Part shown: positions 61,479 through 64,000 of the stretch, piece after piece
How positions within the stretch are numbered: position 1 is the stretch's first letter
Layout of the letters: every line of letters begins with the position of its first letter
Source: an uncultured Planctomycetota bacterium
GTDB lineage: Bacteria > Planctomycetota > Planctomycetia > Isosphaerales > Isosphaeraceae
Assembly (NCBI GenBank): GCA_963737655.1
Contig: CAVTTN010000002.1
Coordinates: forward strand, 3,392,001-3,456,000
Reading direction: 5' to 3'
DNA length: 64,000 nt
Notes under the pieces: generated by a model
The model's database searches: none
Seen by the model: only the letters and a program-made list of their open reading frames with translations
What the model was told of the DNA's origin: nothing
Program-made: the position numbers and the translations under genes

Positions 61479-62279
61479 TTAGTTGCCGGATTTCACGTGG
61501 CCGCCATCAACCCGGAAATTCGCCCCGGTGATGAACGACGACAGCGGGCTGGCGAGATAGGCGACGACGTGGGCGATATCCTCCGGCTCGCCGAGCCGGC
61601 CGACGGGCAGGGGCATGTACTCCAGGGCCATCTTGGAGACCTCCGCCCAGTCGGTCCCCTTGCCCATCGAGGCGGCGATCTTGGTGAACGCCTCGCGGAA
61701 CCCGGCCGTGACGATCGGCCCGGGGCTCACGGTGTTGGCCGTCACGCCCGTCCCGGTGAGCTCCTTGGCCAGCCCCACGGTCAGGTTGATGTTCGCCGCC
61801 TTCGTGGCCGAGTAGGCCGGCGCCTGGGGGGTCGGCTCGGGCCCGACGGCGCTGGCGATCTGGATCACCCGGCCCCAGCCCGTCTCCTTCATCGCCGGGA
61901 CGAGCCTCTGGATCATCCGGACCATCGAGGTGACGTTCTGGTTGTAGATGTCCGTCCAGACGTCGGCCGAACCCTCGAACCAGCCCACGAACGGGAAGGC
62001 GCCGGCGTTGTTCACCAGGATGTCGATCCCGCCGAACGCCCCGAGGGCCGCCTTGGCGACGGCCTCGGCCTGGTCGTCGGCGGCGAGGTCGCCGATCGCC
62101 ACCTTCGCCTTGCCTCCGGCCTGGACGATCGCCTCGGCCACCCTCCGGGCTTCCGCCTCCCTCCGGCCGTGGACCACGACCGAGGCCCCCTCGGCCGCCA
62201 GCTCCTTGGCGATCGCCTCGCCGATCCCGCTGCTGCTGCCGGTGACCAGCGCCCTCTTGCCCTTCAGTTGCAAGTCCAT
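61479..62279 (-). CDS. SDR family oxidoreductase
   Basis: TGSSSGIG, NNAG, YSATK, VSPG, VDGG. Confidence 0.95.
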   Translation of the reverse strand: MDLQLKGKRALVTGSSSGIGEAIAKELAAEGASVVVHGRREAEARRVAEAIVQAGGKAKVAIGDLAADDQAEAVAKAALGAFGGIDILVNNAGAFPFVGWFEGSADVWTDIYNQNVTSMVRMIQRLVPAMKETGWGRVIQIASAVGPEPTPQAPAYSATKAANINLTVGLAKELTGTGVTANTVSPGPIVTAGFREAFTKIAASMGKGTDWAEVSKMALEYMPLPVGRLGEPEDIAHVVAYLASPLSSFITGANFRVDGGHVKSGN

Positions 62280-62302
62280 CGCCCGTCTCCCGTAAGGTTG
62301 AG

Positions 62303-62318
62303 AATAGACCGGTCTATT
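62303..62318. promoter_or_regulatory. NemR-like TetR operator palindrome
   Basis: AATAGACCGGTCTATT upstream of the SDR gene. Confidence 0.65.
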
Positions 62319-62367
62319 TGAAGGATGGAAGCGCGAACGGTCCGACCCGATCGCGGGGTTTCGGACC

Positions 62368-62966
62368 TCACCGAGTGGCGGGTTCGGCGGCCAGGACGAC
62401 GCCGAACATGGTGTCCAGGAACGTTTTCAGGGCGCCGAGGAGCGGGCCGTCTTGGCCCGGAGGACGGCCCCTTGCCAGGCGTTCAGCCAGAAGTCGGCCA
62501 GGGCACGGACGTCCAGGCTTGCCGGGAGGTCCCCGGCCTTCTGGGCCTCGCCCAGGCACTCGGCATAGCGATCGACCCAGGTCTCGAAGACCTCTTCCAG
62601 GCGGACTCGGAGCGCCTCGCTCTGGGCGGCCATCTCCTGGCTGAGCGTGCCGACGAGGCATCCGTGGCGGCAGCCCTGCCCGTCGAGCCGGGCGATGATC
62701 GATTCGAAGTACGCGCGGAGCCGATCGAGAGGCCGGAGCGATGCGTCGTGGAAGCACCGATCCATCTGCTCGTCGTAGAACCGGGCGAACCGGTCGATGA
62801 CCTGGAGGCCGAAGTCCTCCTTGCTCTTGAAATAGTTATAAAACGAGCCTTTCGGAACGTCGGCCGCCTGGAGGATCGCCTCGATGCCCGAGTTGGTGTA
62901 GCCCGTCTCGGAGAAGATCCGCGTGCCGACCTCCAAGAGGAGGTTCTTCGTCTCACCCCTGGCCAT
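62368..62966 (-). CDS. TetR family regulator, NemR-like (frameshift at 62430-62432)
   Basis: VPKGSFYNYFKSKEDFG, GCLVGTLSQE, WQGAVLRAK; one extra base restores SAPLKTFLD. Confidence 0.9.
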
Positions 62967-63037
62967 GAATGGACCCCGGACTTCGTCGTCTCGTTGCGTC
63001 GCCCGACCAATCCGCCGCAATCCCGTTGCCCTCAAGA

Positions 63038-63053
63038 TTAGACCGGTCGTCTC
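63038..63053. promoter_or_regulatory. Second NemR-like operator (autoregulation)
   Basis: TTAGACCGGTCGTCTC upstream of the TetR gene. Confidence 0.55.
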
Positions 63054-63247
63054 GGGGGATCAAGGGGGAACATTTGTCGAGATCCGGAGGCCCGGGGCGT
63101 CCGAACGGCGGGGCGCCGAGGTCCGGATGCCCCCTTGCCGGATCCGGCCCCAACCGCCAGAGTAGGGGCGAAATCCGAGCCGGCGCGGGCCCTCGGCGTG
63201 AGAGCGGACCCGGAAACCGGCGTTTTCGTCCCGGTCGAGGAGGTCGG

Positions 63248-63841
63248 ATGAAGATCGCGGTCGGATCGATGTCTCTGGCGGCGGTCGTGCTGTCGCTGGT
63301 CGTGGCGACAACGCCGGCGCAGGAACCGAAAACGGAGAAGGGCAAGCCCGCGCCCGAGGAGCAGACCGGGCTGAAGGTCGGCGAGAAGGCCCCGGCCTTC
63401 ACGCTGAAGGACCCGGACGGCAAGGAACGCCGGCTCGACGAGTTCCTCAAGAAGGGCAAGGTCGCCCTGGTCTTCTATCGATCCGCCGACTGGTGACCCT
63501 TCTGCAAGACGCAGCTGGTCCAGCTGCAACGCGACCTCAAGGCGATCGAAGATGCGGGATTGCAGGTCGTCGGCATCAGCTACGATGACCCCAAGATCCT
63601 CAAGACCTTCACCGATCGCAACAAGATCACGTTCCCCCTGCTCTCCGACCCGGAGAGCCGGGTGATCGAGGCGTACAACATCCGCAACCCGGCCGCCCGG
63701 GGCAAGGCGGAGGGCGTTCCCTATCCCGGGACGTTCCTCATCGACGCGAAGGGGACGATCCGCGCGAAGCTCTTCCTGGAAGGGTATCGCGACCGCCACT
63801 CCTCCGAGGCCCTGATCCGGGCCGCCAGGGCGATGGATTGA
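63248..63841 (+). CDS. Exported AhpC/TSA-redoxin family protein with in-frame UGA (probable selenocysteine, U-x-x-C)
   Basis: GAGGAGG RBS; signal peptide; VGEKAPAFTLKD..VALVFYRSADW-TGA-PFCKTQL..VVGISYD..FPLLSD..PGTFLID all in one frame. Confidence 0.85.
63511..63527 (+). promoter_or_regulatory. Candidate bacterial SECIS hairpin
   Basis: GCAGCUG-GUC-CAGCUGC, 14 nt after the UGA, GGUC at the apex. Confidence 0.6.
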
Positions 63842-63846
63842 CGCGA

Positions 63847-63878
63847 AATCGTGGCGAAACGGCCGTTTCGCCACGATT
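63847..63878. terminator. Perfect 32-nt palindrome between convergent genes
   Basis: AATCGTGGCGAAACGG / CCGTTTCGCCACGATT. Confidence 0.65.
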
Positions 63879-63883
63879 CCCCA

Positions 63884-64000
63884 TCAATACCGGACCCAGA
63901 GCAGCCAGGCCACGCCGACGAAGGTCGTCAGGATCGTCACCGGGACGCCGACCTTGAGATACTCGAAGAACCCGAGCTCGGTGCCCGACCGGCGGGCGTT
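63884..64000 (-). CDS. C-terminus of an ArsB/NhaD/SLC13-type anion transporter (partial)
   Basis: NARRSGTELGFFEYLKVGVPVTILTTFVGVAWLLWVRY-stop. Confidence 0.65.
   Translation of the reverse strand, partial: NARRSGTELGFFEYLKVGVPVTILTTFVGVAWLLWVRY

Overview
High-GC chromosomal window whose gene style (LEPR-xLL/Planc_extracel surface protein, planctomycete-type ECF sigma factor, LpxC-FabZ fusion, RFSxRxL-type N-termini) points to a planctomycete, probably Isosphaeraceae-like. It is mostly core metabolism: zwf/opcA, a carotenoid cluster (crtE-like, crtI, crtB, crtC), csrA, a lipid A cluster (skp, lpxC-fabZ, lpxA, gnnA-like), 6S RNA plus 5-FTHF cyclo-ligase, a complete F1Fo ATP synthase operon, an A2-type cytochrome c oxidase operon with assembly genes, pyrF, tRNA-Pro(GGG), a metal-homeostasis cluster (P1B-5-type ATPase, CobW GTPase, WD40, 2Fe-2S protein), rhodanese, PhoD and a NemR/SDR/NemA-like operon. 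Items the ORF track misses: (1) an exported redoxin with an in-frame UGA in a W-U-P-F-C motif followed by a SECIS-like hairpin (probable selenoprotein); (2) an unassigned ~95-nt structured leader RNA with its own promoter ahead of the metal ATPase; (3) at least five GTAG-type REP/REPIN families, some nested, whose GTAG supplies the stop codon of six genes; (4) an L7/L12-CTD-like domain inserted into oxidase subunit III; (5) a 20-aa-repeat beta-solenoid protein that mimics a CRISPR array. About ten 1-2 nt frameshifts, several in short G/C runs and three in the core genes atpA/atpG/atpD, are most simply assembly errors. No integrase, transposase or cas gene is visible.
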